Assembly (NCBI GenBank): GCA_003056085.1
Contig: LSNK01000001.1
Coordinates: 8,481 to 72,480 of the forward strand
Source of the DNA: Parcubacteria group bacterium M6-OD1-1
GTDB taxonomy: Bacteria > Patescibacteriota > Minisyncoccia > GWC2-36-17 > M10-OD1-4
Length of the DNA: 64,000 nucleotides
Direction of reading: 5' to 3'
A program made the translations under genes and the position numbers. Below the pieces are notes generated by a model. That model was not told where the DNA came from. It saw only the letters and a program-made list of their open reading frames with translations, and did no database searches. Position 1 is the stretch's first letter. Each line of letters opens with the position of its first letter. Below, in pieces: positions 51,648-62,167 of the stretch.

Positions 51648-52088
51648 TTAACATTTGTCCGATTTCTTCCAGTTTTTCTTTATAAAAGAATCTATTTTTT
51701 TCGTTCTTTTAAATCCCCATTCCGCCGCTTTTTTATCGGCGTCAATTTCTAATTTATTTCCATCACTCTTTCTCCAGTTCCTTCCTTGTGTGGCATGTCC
51801 AAGCTCATGAGCTACAACAAATCTTAAAACATCTATCGGAATCCCATTTGGAATTGTCATCTGCATTATCTTAAATTTTCCTTTGGGATTTGGAAAATGC
51901 ATCATTTGACCCAACACTCCTTCATGTAATGCAACTATTATCAAATTTTTTGTCAGCAATAGAAAATCCTCCTTTGGCATATCAGAAAAAACATCCTCAA
52001 ATGCTTTTTTGGTTCTTTTATAAAACTGGAGGCTTTGCTGGGATTTCATAAAATCCTTAACCTCTTTTTTTGTCGGACTATCCTTCAT
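51648..52088 (-). CDS. Small zincin-like metallopeptidase domain protein
   Basis: VAHELGH, E.DAD..A..WGF. Confidence 0.75.
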   Translation of the reverse strand: MKDSPTKKEVKDFMKSQQSLQFYKRTKKAFEDVFSDMPKEDFLLLTKNLIIVALHEGVLGQMMHFPNPKGKFKIMQMTIPNGIPIDVLRFVVAHELGHATQGRNWRKSDGNKLEIDADKKAAEWGFKRTKKIDSFIKKNWKKSDKC

Positions 52089-52090
52089 TT

Positions 52091-53017
52091 TTAGTGATTG
52101 CTTTTTAACCACTTATAACATTGAAGAGCCGCTTTCGCCCCCTCACCCGCTGCAATGACAGCTTGTCTTTCTTCTATGTCTGTTACATCTCCGGCCGCAA
52201 AAATTCCAGCTTTTGAAGTTGCATTTGTTCTTGGATTTATCACGATTTGCCCAAATTGATTTTTTTCACAAAAATCTCCCAAAAAATCAGTGTTTGGTAT
52301 GGAGCCGATAGAAACAAAAACTCCTGATACTTTCAACTCCTTATCTTCGTTGGATTCTTTGTCTTTGTAAATCAGAGAAGTTACAAATTGATCTCCTTTT
52401 ATTTCTTTTGTTTCAGCATTAAAAACAAATTCAACTTTTGATTCCTTTTTAAGTTTTTCATATGTTATCGGATCTCCTTTCACTTCACCTCTTACCAAAA
52501 TATAAATTTTATCGGCATATTTTGTAAGCTGCATAGCGGCATCAAGCGCTGTATTTCCCGCCCCCACCACAACAACATCTTTGCCGGAAAAAAGCGGTGC
52601 GTCACAGGTAGCGCAATATGTAACACCTTTATTGCTGAATTCTTCTTCTCCCGGGACTCCAAGTTTTCTTGGCTTTGCCCCCATCGCAAGTATTACAGAT
52701 TTTGCTTTAATTTTTTCTCCATCTTTATTTTCTAAAATAAAGAATTCTTTATCTTCTTCATTTTTTTCCAATTGTATTTTTTCTGCAACAAAACTTCTAA
52801 CTTCTGCTCCAAAGTCTGTTGCTTGTTTTCTAAAAACATCTAAAAGTTTAGCTCCGTTAAGATCGGTGTATCCCGGGTAATTCCAAATCTCAGGCTGCAA
52901 AGCCGTCTGACCTCCTTTTTCATGCTCCAAAACCAAAGTATTTAATTTTTTTCTTGACGCATAAATAGCTGCTGTCATTCCTGCGGCACCACCGCCAATA
53001 ATTAAAACATCGTACAT
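52091..53017 (-). CDS. trxB: Thioredoxin reductase
   Basis: GGGAAG, CATCD, FAAGD. Confidence 0.93.
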   Translation of the reverse strand: MYDVLIIGGGAAGMTAAIYASRKKLNTLVLEHEKGGQTALQPEIWNYPGYTDLNGAKLLDVFRKQATDFGAEVRSFVAEKIQLEKNEEDKEFFILENKDGEKIKAKSVILAMGAKPRKLGVPGEEEFSNKGVTYCATCDAPLFSGKDVVVVGAGNTALDAAMQLTKYADKIYILVRGEVKGDPITYEKLKKESKVEFVFNAETKEIKGDQFVTSLIYKDKESNEDKELKVSGVFVSIGSIPNTDFLGDFCEKNQFGQIVINPRTNATSKAGIFAAGDVTDIEERQAVIAAGEGAKAALQCYKWLKSNH

Positions 53018-53132
53018 TTTGTTATACTTATCAGTTTATTAGAATGTTAGGATATTAGACATCTTATTGGGCTAAAATCCTAAAAAACTAAAAACTTTTA
53101 GATTTAAAAATAAAACTATCAACTATATAATA

Positions 53133-53258
53133 TAAATTTTTTTAAATTTGAATGCAGGTCGCAGCTAAAAAGGAAGAGCGATGGCGAGCCGTATTAAAAA
53201 TACGGTGAGCCGAGCGATGACTTTTTAGCAAGAGATGCGCCAAATATGGAAATAATTA
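53133..53258 (+). repeat. Palindromic element family, copy E
   Basis: GAGCCGTAT/ATACGGTGA core; sister of copy B. Confidence 0.85.
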
Positions 53259-53489
53259 CAACTTGAGTAATTCTTTCAACCTTTCCCCATCAAAACCGAC
53301 CATCATTTCATTATCAACAAAAATAACCGGGACACCCATTTGTCCGGATTTTTCAACCATTTCTTCTCTTGCTTTTTCATCTTCTGCAACATTAAAATCT
53401 GTATATTCTATTTTATTTTCATTTAAAAATTCTTTTGCCATTTTGCAATAAACACATGCAGGTGTTGAATATATTGTTACTTTTGCCAT
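53256..53489 (-). CDS. Glutaredoxin-like (NrdH/YruB) protein
   Basis: CVYC, GQMGVPV. Confidence 0.93.
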   Translation of the reverse strand: MAKVTIYSTPACVYCKMAKEFLNENKIEYTDFNVAEDEKAREEMVEKSGQMGVPVIFVDNEMMVGFDGERLKELLKL

Positions 53490-53491
53490 CT

Positions 53492-53531
53492 TTATTAGCT
53501 TGTTAGCTTTTTAGCTTGTTAGCTTTTTAGA
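53492..53531. repeat. 5x 8-mer array before the glutaredoxin start
   Basis: Identical to 35899..35938. Confidence 0.9.
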
Positions 53532-53782
53532 AAAACTAACTGAACCATCAACCAACAAGGTTTTATTTAAATTATTATTGATTGTATTTTATCACATTGG
53601 ATAGTTATTGCAAATAATCTATCCATAAAAAAACCACCCATTAATCCGGGTGGTGGTTTTAAATTACGCAAACTTACGAAGTTCTTTTTCTACACGGTTT
53701 ACAGAGCGGCGGAAAGAAGATAGGTCTATCATGCCATGCACACTATTTCTTTCTTCTTTATAAATAAACTTTTCTCCATAAA

Positions 53783-53866
53783 ATTTCCCACCGATGGCGA
53801 TTTAACTAAAATAGTTTATCCTTTTTGGGATGGTGTTGAGTCAAAAAGCAGCGTTATAAAAAGATT
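53783..53866. repeat. 84-bp inverted duplicate of 54821..54904
   Basis: Two mismatches (ggtgtt vs ggcatt). Confidence 0.92.
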
Positions 53867-54192
53867 CTCTCATATTTCAAAAGACAAAAGAAAAATCATT
53901 ATCTATGATAATGGTACAGAATTTTCTTCTTTTAAATTCATTAAAAGGTATACAAAAATGATGATATACTTTGCATATCCTTATCATTCTTGAGAAAGAG
54001 GAACAAACGAGAATACAAATGGACTTTTAAGACAATTCTTTCCTAAAAAGAATCCTTTTGCTAATCTTAAACAATCTGATATTAAAAAAGTTGAAAAGCT
54101 CATTAACGGTAGACCCAAAAAGAGACATAACTATCTTAGTCTTTATGAAGTGTTTTATGAGAAAAGATGTTGCACTTTGGTTTAGAATTTAA
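53867..54192 (+). mobile_element. IS30-family transposase 3' relic with probable right end
   Basis: YDNGTEF..YFAYPYHS*ERGTNENTNGLLRQFFPK..INGRPKK; ends tgttgcactttggtttagaattta. Confidence 0.88.
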
Positions 54193-54237
54193 GACTGTTT
54201 TAAGTACGCAGAATAAAATTTACCATGCCACACAATA

Positions 54238-54360
54238 TAAAATTTTCAAAATTTAGTGCAATTCGAGGAAAAGGTGAGGGGTGAAGTGAGCCGTATTAAA
54301 GATACGGCGAACGAACCCAGAAACTTTTGACGAAGAAGTGTGCGAATTTTGGAAATTTTA
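54238..54360 (+). repeat. Palindromic element family, copy F
   Basis: GAGGA..GAGCCGTAT/ATACGGCGA..GACGAA. Confidence 0.85.
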
Positions 54361-54366
54361 AGAACT

Positions 54367-55536
54367 TTAAAGTTCTATAATCAAAACTTCATCATAATCA
54401 TTTCTCGGCGACCACATCAACCAGCCTGTATTCTCCTTCCCCAAAACATCATAAGTTGCTTTTATCTGCGCCTCAATCATCGCCGGTGTATATTCAGCTC
54501 CAAGATCAAACACTTGAATCCAAGGTCTTATTTTTGGTTTTGCTTCTTCTTTTTTTTCTCCTAAAGAATCAAGTCCTTGATCTAAAGTAAGACTAACAAC
54601 CTCATAAGGGTAATCGGCCGGATTTTGAAATCCAAAATTCCCAGCACCAAAATGAGACGGATAAACCATTGGATATATATAATCAAAATTATCAAGCATA
54701 TCCACCAATTTCTGACCTATTCCCAAACCATCTCCTCTTAAAAAAGTATATCCAAAAATATCCAAAGAAAGTTTAATGTCTTTATCGTATTCTTTTAACT
54801 TCTCTTTTGAATATGCTCCAAATCTTTTTATAACGCTGCTTTTTGACTCAATGCCATCCCAAAAAGGATAAACTATTTTAGTTAAATCGCCATCGGTGGG
54901 AAATCTTATATAATCATAATTTATTTCATCAAATCCAACATCAATCGCTCTTTTTGCTATTTTAATATTATGATCCCAAGCTCCTTTTGATGCCGGATCA
55001 GACCAAGCATAACCTCTCCTGTCACGCCATATGCTTCCGTCTGATTTTTTCAAAGAGAACTCCGGGCTTGTTTTTGCCAAACCGCTATCTTGAAAAACAA
55101 CTACTCTTGCTATTGTATATATATTTTTCTTATGCAAGTCATCTATAATTTCTTTAAGATTGCTTATTTTATCAAAAATCAACTCTCCATCAGAACCTTT
55201 AACGTCAATAACGATACTGTTTAAGTCGGTACTCTCCATAAGTTTCAAAAAATACTCTCTTTTGTTTTTTGAACTTATACTCCACATAGTGGAATACACC
55301 GCACGCATAACATTCGGAGTTTTTACACGAGATACACTAACCTTCTCTTCCAAAACCTCTTTTTTTGCTGATTTTCCTTCTTCTTTTTTTCTATCATTGG
55401 TTTCCACTAAAACTGAAGCACCTGTATCCCGATAAACAAACTTGTGGCTTGTTATGTCCGGCTTGCTATACAAAAAAACTCCGGCAAAAACTCCCGTCAA
55501 AATCAATCCCAACAATAAAACATAACCATTTTTCAC
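54367..55536 (-). CDS. Putative glycoside hydrolase (DUF4015-like)
   Basis: VIDVK, ARVVVFQD, GFDEINYDYIRFP, PMVYPSH, RPWIQ. Confidence 0.88.
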   Translation of the reverse strand: MKNGYVLLLGLILTGVFAGVFLYSKPDITSHKFVYRDTGASVLVETNDRKKEEGKSAKKEVLEEKVSVSRVKTPNVMRAVYSTMWSISSKNKREYFLKLMESTDLNSIVIDVKGSDGELIFDKISNLKEIIDDLHKKNIYTIARVVVFQDSGLAKTSPEFSLKKSDGSIWRDRRGYAWSDPASKGAWDHNIKIAKRAIDVGFDEINYDYIRFPTDGDLTKIVYPFWDGIESKSSVIKRFGAYSKEKLKEYDKDIKLSLDIFGYTFLRGDGLGIGQKLVDMLDNFDYIYPMVYPSHFGAGNFGFQNPADYPYEVVSLTLDQGLDSLGEKKEEAKPKIRPWIQVFDLGAEYTPAMIEAQIKATYDVLGKENTGWLMWSPRNDYDEVLIIEL

Positions 55537-55541
55537 TTCTA

Positions 55542-56111
55542 TTATTTTTTAATTCTCAATTCTACTTCTTCCCAGCTTATATTTTTCATAAAAGCATCTA
55601 TGTAACTTTTTTTATCCATTTTATAATCTAAAATAAAAGCATGCTCAAATACATCCATCACCAAAAGAGGTGTCGTTCCAGCGAGATACCCCAAGTCATG
55701 TTCATTTATCCAAATATTAAACAACCCATCACTGTCTTTGTCATAACACAAAACAGACCAGCCAATACCGCGCATTCCGCCTGTTGCCTTAAAATCTTCC
55801 TCCCATTTTTCAAATGACCCAAATTTTTCCACTATTTTTTTATAAATATCGCTCTCCTCATTAACCAAAACAGCATCTTTTTTTAGGTTGCCAAAATAAA
55901 GCTCATGCAAACGCATGCCATTAAACTCCCAACCAAAACGACGTTTTAATTCAGCATATTCCGGAGTTCCTGTCTTTACTTCAAAAGAAAGTTCGCCAAA
56001 TTTATTTACATTTAAAACATATCCTTCATAAAGCTTGAAATGATTTTTAAGCAAGTCATCACTAAAACCTTCCATCCCTAATAAATTATTGTATTTTTTT
56101 GCTTCGTACAT
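55542..56111 (-). CDS. Fe/Mn superoxide dismutase family protein
   Basis: NHFKLY.GYV, LHELYF, DVFEHAF. Confidence 0.9.
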   Translation of the reverse strand: MYEAKKYNNLLGMEGFSDDLLKNHFKLYEGYVLNVNKFGELSFEVKTGTPEYAELKRRFGWEFNGMRLHELYFGNLKKDAVLVNEESDIYKKIVEKFGSFEKWEEDFKATGGMRGIGWSVLCYDKDSDGLFNIWINEHDLGYLAGTTPLLVMDVFEHAFILDYKMDKKSYIDAFMKNISWEEVELRIKK

Positions 56112-56217
56112 AATAATATGAATTTCTAATAAGATTCTAATAACATAATTTTAAAACATTCAAGATTCTTAAATTTAAAATTGATTTAAAATTAAAAATT
56201 AGAAATTAAAAATTAAA

Positions 56218-57447
56218 TTAATTAATAATGTCCTTTAAATTAAAATTAACATCATTTAATTTATCAAGATAAGACGATAAGTCCATCCTCCTGTCTATCA
56301 GCATTGTAATAATTCCTTTCTCTTTATTCATATTAATCTGAGTAGCTCCCACAAGTATATTATTTCTTAAAAACAGCTGTTCGTACTCTTTATTTTCCAA
56401 ATTACCGCGTTTTACAACCTTGGTGTTTTTGTCTTTTTTTACATCGCCGATAAAAGATATGTTCAAACCAAAATTTACAACATTATACCCTGAAACATGA
56501 CGACACAAAGTTTTTTCTCCTACCATATTCAACCCGGCAATCTTCCCCTGTAAAAATGCTGCCGCCCAGTTTCTAAATAGATAATACTTTTCTAAAACAA
56601 CATCGTAAAATTCAGCCACATCTCCCGCCGCAAAAACATCGGGTACATTTGCTTCCAAATATTCATTTACAACAACCCCTTCCCTTGTCTTAATAAGAGA
56701 GTTCTCCAAAAACTTTGTATTTCTTTCAATCCCGATAGCAAAAACCAGCAAGTCAAAAGAATAGACATTTCCTTTTTTGGTTATTACGTTTTTTAGAACA
56801 TCATCTCTTTTGATTTTTTCAATCTCTTCGTTAAAAAATAAAGAAACTCCCGCTTCCTTAAGATTCTCTTCTATTATTTTATTTGAAGCATCATCAAACG
56901 CTCCACCCAAAAAAGAACACCCTCGTATTAAAAGCGAAACCTCTATGCCGTTTTTTAAAAAAGCCTCTGCAAGCTCAATGGCATTGAAACTTCCCCCAAC
57001 TAAAATAATTTTTTTAACTTCGGGAATTTTTTCTTTCAGTTTTTCTGCATCATCTATATTTTGAAAATAAAAAACATCGGGACCTTCAAAATCTGAAATA
57101 TCTATTTTTTTTGGTTTGGCTCCTGTTGCTATTAAAAGTTTTTCATAAAAAATTTCTTTTTTATCATCAAAAATTATTCTTTTCTCTTTCGTGTTTACAC
57201 TTACTGCATTATTTCCAAAAAATACATTTATATTTTTCTCTTTATAATTTTTTTCTTTCCTTAAAAAAACATCTTCTTTTTTTGCCGTTCCCTCAAGATA
57301 GTTTGGCAAAAGAACCCTTGAATATAAAGGATATTTTTCATTTCCTAAAATGGCAATGGAGCCCTCAATATCTTTTCCTCTTATGGTTTCAGCCGCCGTT
57401 GTCCCCGCTATACCACCGCCTATTATCAAATATTTGTATTTGTCCAT
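56218..57447 (-). CDS. FAD/NAD(P)-dependent oxidoreductase (rubredoxin/ferredoxin reductase-like)
   Basis: GGGIAG, LLIATGA, FAAGDVAE. Confidence 0.88.
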   Translation of the reverse strand: MDKYKYLIIGGGIAGTTAAETIRGKDIEGSIAILGNEKYPLYSRVLLPNYLEGTAKKEDVFLRKEKNYKEKNINVFFGNNAVSVNTKEKRIIFDDKKEIFYEKLLIATGAKPKKIDISDFEGPDVFYFQNIDDAEKLKEKIPEVKKIILVGGSFNAIELAEAFLKNGIEVSLLIRGCSFLGGAFDDASNKIIEENLKEAGVSLFFNEEIEKIKRDDVLKNVITKKGNVYSFDLLVFAIGIERNTKFLENSLIKTREGVVVNEYLEANVPDVFAAGDVAEFYDVVLEKYYLFRNWAAAFLQGKIAGLNMVGEKTLCRHVSGYNVVNFGLNISFIGDVKKDKNTKVVKRGNLENKEYEQLFLRNNILVGATQINMNKEKGIITMLIDRRMDLSSYLDKLNDVNFNLKDIIN

Positions 57448-57646
57448 GATGCTTATCATATCACAAACCAAAGCTCTCTTGCAAAAAAGCTTATAAAAAA
57501 ACAAACCCGGCAATTGCCGGGTTTTTATCTGATTATTTATAAATGATACAAAAAGGAAGAAGCATGTTTGTATAATGAATATGCTTGTAGTGCAGTATAA
57601 AAAAGCCCTTTCTGTATTTACAGAAAGGGCTTAAAGAATTGAACGA

Positions 57647-57916
57647 TTACTGGTTTACAAAACTAAAATGTTCGGTTTTCTTGTTTTTGCGATGCGCCTT
57701 AATTACATTTCCTGAAAAATGAATCTTTTCGGAACGCAATGGTTGACACAATTGTAGTTCGCGCATTTTGGACACCTTCTCGCATTTAGAAGAGTCAAAC
57801 AATTGTTTACCGTTAAAAACTGGGCGAAACTCACTTTGTCTTTGCCCAGCATTAGCGAATGAAACAGTTAGCGACGCAACAAAAGAAAGAACAACAATAA
57901 AAAATATAGAACGCAT
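57647..57916 (-). CDS. Small secreted hypothetical protein
   Basis: Signal peptide ending ANA, AAGGAG SD. Confidence 0.7.
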   Translation of the reverse strand: MRSIFFIVVLSFVASLTVSFANAGQRQSEFRPVFNGKQLFDSSKCEKVSKMRELQLCQPLRSEKIHFSGNVIKAHRKNKKTEHFSFVNQ

Positions 57917-57981
57917 AAACTTCTCCTTTTAGGATTTGGATTGATTGGTGTTTTGTAAAATACAAAACACCAATATGACAA

Positions 57982-59182
57982 TTAATACAACTGGTTCCAG
58001 TCAAGCCACTGCCAGCTTGTCCATTGACCAAGATCGGGATCGTAGTAGGCAGTATTTCGCATTAGCGGGTTACTTCTATTTGTTAATTGGTTCACATATG
58101 CGGTACGCCCATCAGAAAATTTAAACTGCATCCAATGTATATCCCATGCAGAGTCAACACTCCATGGAGCCTCCTTTCCATATGTATTCACATTAACTTC
58201 TGCAAATCTCGGATCATTTTCAACTGCACGAATCATATCCAACCGAGCACGATCGTCTTGGTAGTTATTACGTGGTACTGGAATATGCAATGTGGAGCCA
58301 CTCACGTTTGAAGAAACAGCATATTGACGCCCATTCTCGAAAAAGTTATTGTCAATATCGTAGTAATAATACCACGATCCACCGTTTTCATATAACAAAT
58401 GATGCACGTCCATCCATCCCGCTTCAATTGCTTTCTTGAGCGACTTTCGTTCATTATTCCACTCAATATATGCTGTTGAAGATGGTGCGTTCCCAGACAT
58501 TGTGAATATCGTGTAGTATCCGCCAGTAGCAGCCGAGTACACAATTTCATCCCGACGATCATCAACAACAAGTGATGGAGCACGATACTTCAAAGCCTCA
58601 CTAACAGTCAGAGGGTTTTTGTAGGAATTCTCGGTAAGGCTAACTGAGCTATCCCATTGACCCTCCCAGTGCAAATGAGCAGGCCATCCTCCAGTGCCAC
58701 CAAGATAAGCAACCTCTTGCCCAGGATAAACCGTAACACCATTTCCTATTCCAGATGCAAAACCGTTCAAGTGAAAATATCCACTATCCCAAGTCTGTAC
58801 CCCATTTGAACCATGGGCATAAGGAAAGGAGTATCTGATATAAAGCTTATATCCGCCGGCAGAATTATTTACATCGTCTTTCCAGGAAACTTTCCCGTCA
58901 GCGATAGCAAATAAAGGATAGCCTGCATCTGTGTCTCCACCACAATTACCATTCCAATCCTCGCCCATATGATAGCCATAACCTACATTCAAATCCATAT
59001 GGTATTGTGCCTGGTAATATCCAGGGGTTCCGCAATTTGGACCTGTTTGATTTGGGTTATAGGGTAAAACAAAAGACCCAGCAGTTGGGGAGGTTGGCGT
59101 TATCGGACCTGCATTTGCAGAGCCAATTAAAAAAACGCCGAGGCTGGCGATACAAAAAAAAGAAGAATGATTTTATATTCAT
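57982..59182 (-). pseudogene. Secreted M23 peptidase; signal peptide out of frame at a T8 tract
   Basis: HMGED, YFHL, HLH motifs; ATG 59182 with AGGAG SD is in frame if one T is removed. Confidence 0.8.
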
Positions 59183-59291
59183 TCTATATCTCCTATATTG
59201 TTTATGTTAAAGTACAAGACCGATTGCCAATCAATCGGTCTTGAGATAATAACATAATAATTATACTTCTTGCAACGCTTTTAGTTGTGGA

Positions 59292-59951
59292 TTACTTTAT
59301 AAGACTGAAGGATAATAACATCTTTTCAAGAACGCTAGTTCTGTATTCATCTGTTGATGGCACATAAAAAGAAATTCTATAATTACCAACATCAAGAACA
59401 TATGTTTTTGATATCTCCCTCGTATCAGGATAAGGATAATGCTCATCCCACACTCCCAATTTAACATCAAAAATCAACCCACTAACTCCATCAACAACTA
59501 TCTCATTTCTTAGAACCTTATCTTTTAGATCTGCATCTTTTATAAAATCATCAAGAGTGGATTTTGATGAGAAAAAATAGACTCCTCCATCATCATTAGC
59601 ACCTTTTTTATCAGGAGGAATAACTACAAAAGGCTCTGAATCGTCATTAATAACCCAATCCCTTGGATAGTTGATTTCAAACCCAAACTCTTCATTTCTA
59701 TAAGTCTGCCAGTCGCTCGTATCAATAGTATTATTAGGAAAAGAAAGTTCTTTAAAATCGCCACCTATCATAGTTTCAGAAATCCGCTCAACTGGTTTAA
59801 AGTCTATTATTCCATATTCTTGTTGCTGTGGCGGACTAGTAATAACATTTGGATTTGTAGATTTTTTATTATCATCCTCAAGCAGGAATAATCCCAAAAT
59901 TCCAACAATCCCAATAAAAACAAGTATTAAAATAATATTTTTTATATTCAT
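59292..59951 (-). CDS. Membrane-anchored PsbP-like hypothetical protein
   Basis: TM segment, DWQTYRNEEFGFEINYP.DW. Confidence 0.75.
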   Translation of the reverse strand: MNIKNIILILVFIGIVGILGLFLLEDDNKKSTNPNVITSPPQQQEYGIIDFKPVERISETMIGGDFKELSFPNNTIDTSDWQTYRNEEFGFEINYPRDWVINDDSEPFVVIPPDKKGANDDGGVYFFSSKSTLDDFIKDADLKDKVLRNEIVVDGVSGLIFDVKLGVWDEHYPYPDTREISKTYVLDVGNYRISFYVPSTDEYRTSVLEKMLLSFSLIK

Positions 59952-60445
59952 TGCGTTTAATTTAGCATAAACTTATTCACAAAAGCAAATAGTACTAGCT
60001 ATTTTAACAATTGTTTCAAGTGTTAGGTTTTATTTAATTGCGGGCCCAGCAGGCTCCCGTTTTATCCAAGGGAATAAAGGTGTCAGGAACCTTTTTTAGA
60101 TATTACCCACCAATACTTTAACTATACCAGAATCAACTTAAAATAAAAACTCCATATTTAACTCTATAATTAATTATAGGTGAATAAAGGTGTTAAGAGT
60201 TAACGGGATCAGGAACCTTTTTTTACCAATCTATTATATTTTATATGTTACTCCCACGGCATATTCTAGTCAAACAAAAAAAGCCGACAACTTGCATTGT
60301 CGCCTGCCCTTTCTTTCGTTGCTCGTGTCGAAGCGAGGCACGCCCCAACCGAGTTTTATTTTAATTTTAGACTTTTTACACTTCGTTGAACTAATAAAAC
60401 ACCCAAAAAAACCCTTCCTTTACAAAGGAAGGGTTTTCAAAAAAA

Positions 60446-61114
60446 TTACTTACCATTTACAGATTGACCTAATAAACGTTTATAGCTGTTGAAATCTTTA
60501 CTGTGAATAATATCAGCTTGAGGCAATACCTCTTTTTTATATGCTTCCTGTAGCCCTCTAATTCTGTTATCTACCTTATCATCTTTTCCATATTGATACT
60601 CAAAATTTGGATTATTACTAATCAAGAGTCTAGAGTTAGGATGCAAAATCAGAAAATGCATATCCTGTTCTTTCCAGTGGCGACTAGCTAACAAGTAAGT
60701 GCTGCCTTCTTTTAGTAGCCCCATATTATTTGACTCATCCTGTGCCCCATTTACTAAATTTAACCTTCCATTTTTATAACCTCCTTGATGTAATACTGTA
60801 ATACGCCCTACAATATCTCCTTTAATATTGTATTTTACCTCTGCTTCATATTTAGTAAATGGGATTCCATCCAAGACAACATATTCTGTCTGTTTAATGA
60901 TTTTTGCCACATAAACATTATGGGAAGCGCCAACTAATTCTTCATCAACAGAAAAATCTCCAATGTTCACAAATGACATGCCATAGCTCACACCTGGTAA
61001 TTTAATTAAATTGGCTCTTAGAGACAGCGCCATCGCTATGGATAAAGCAAGAATTATAGCAATTACTGCCACCCAACTCCAATTAATATTTGTCTTCTTG
61101 ATAATATTCATCAT
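60446..61114 (-). CDS. Membrane-anchored/surface hypothetical protein
   Basis: 222 aa with N-terminal TM. Confidence 0.75.
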   Translation of the reverse strand: MMNIIKKTNINWSWVAVIAIILALSIAMALSLRANLIKLPGVSYGMSFVNIGDFSVDEELVGASHNVYVAKIIKQTEYVVLDGIPFTKYEAEVKYNIKGDIVGRITVLHQGGYKNGRLNLVNGAQDESNNMGLLKEGSTYLLASRHWKEQDMHFLILHPNSRLLISNNPNFEYQYGKDDKVDNRIRGLQEAYKKEVLPQADIIHSKDFNSYKRLLGQSVNGK

Positions 61115-61145
61115 ATTTTAATGTAAACACTTAATATTTATAAAG

Positions 61146-61672
61146 TTAATTCCAAAGATGATTATAATCACAAGCATCAGCAGAGCTCGGTGTTACAGTG
61201 GTAAGATATTGCCATGGATCCATTACATAGTCATTGCCAGTTCTATGATCTAAGCCTAATGCACATGCCCTAACTCATGAGAAACTATGTGAGCACGATT
61301 ACCATACGAACCTCCATCCATATAATACTTATTCAGTGTTAGGCTGTCAGAACCAAAATAATCATAATCATAAGCGCCCCACCAACCCAAATAATAATTA
61401 TCTACATCGCCTAAAGTTAAATCTTGATAAGTATATATATTATCTGGCGCTATATTAACAGCCCCAAGATTATTCCATGCATCAACAGAATCACCCCATT
61501 CCCATGAGTACTGAGTAGATCCTCCCCATCTAATTTCTCCAGCATCAACAGCATTTTCTCCAGCTGGTGTCAGATAATGAGTACCACAAGGGTAGTGTGC
61601 CTCCGCAATACTGCCTGCCATTACCAAGCCTACAAACAAAAATACTATAAATAACTTATTTAAATAAATCAT
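61146..61672 (-). pseudogene. Secreted matrixin-like metalloprotease with a 2-bp insertion in the zinc motif
   Basis: Removing a TG restores HELGHALGLDH..VM..DYNHLWN*. Confidence 0.82.
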
Positions 61673-62167
61673 ATTTAATATAAAATTTAAATTATTAATA
61701 CAATTTAATAATAATAATTTTTATTAAATAAGTAAAAAATTTATGTGGATAATTTTTTAAAATATAAATAAAATAAAGTTTAAGTTTTTTATCTACACTC
61801 TCATACCACAACAGTTAATAGTTCCTATAATCTATACGCTGTATTACAACAAAACTGCGCTCAACAATCCAATGGCTTTTTCTAATAGCCGTCTTTTTAG
61901 ACAATCCAAGTCATTGGATTGAGTGCACCAAAGGCGGCTATTTGAGTTTTTTACATATTCAGACTCGGCGGAAACAAAACCGAAAATTTCCTTTCATTTT
62001 TTTTGCGGCTCCCCCACACCCCCGCCGAAAGCATAATCGGCAAGGAAATTTTCGGTTTTGTCCGCCCGAGCTTTACGAAGGGCGGGTGAGGCGCGCAGAG
62101 TTAGGAAATCGGAGCGGAAGATATTGTCTGGAGCTACATCAAAACTCGAAGCGCTCCGAATTCGTTG

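Noticed and set aside
53985-53999. TGA at a conserved Trp (S*ERG) plus two tRNA-Trp genes, suggesting stop-codon recoding
   Set aside because: recR, rodA and the LysM gene end in TGA, both anticodons are CCA, and core genes have no internal TGA; a nonsense mutation in an IS relic is simpler.
53783-54904. Template/variable repeat pair of a diversity-generating retroelement
   Set aside because: No reverse transcriptase in the window, only two mismatches that are not consistently at adenines, and the repeat is mid-gene.
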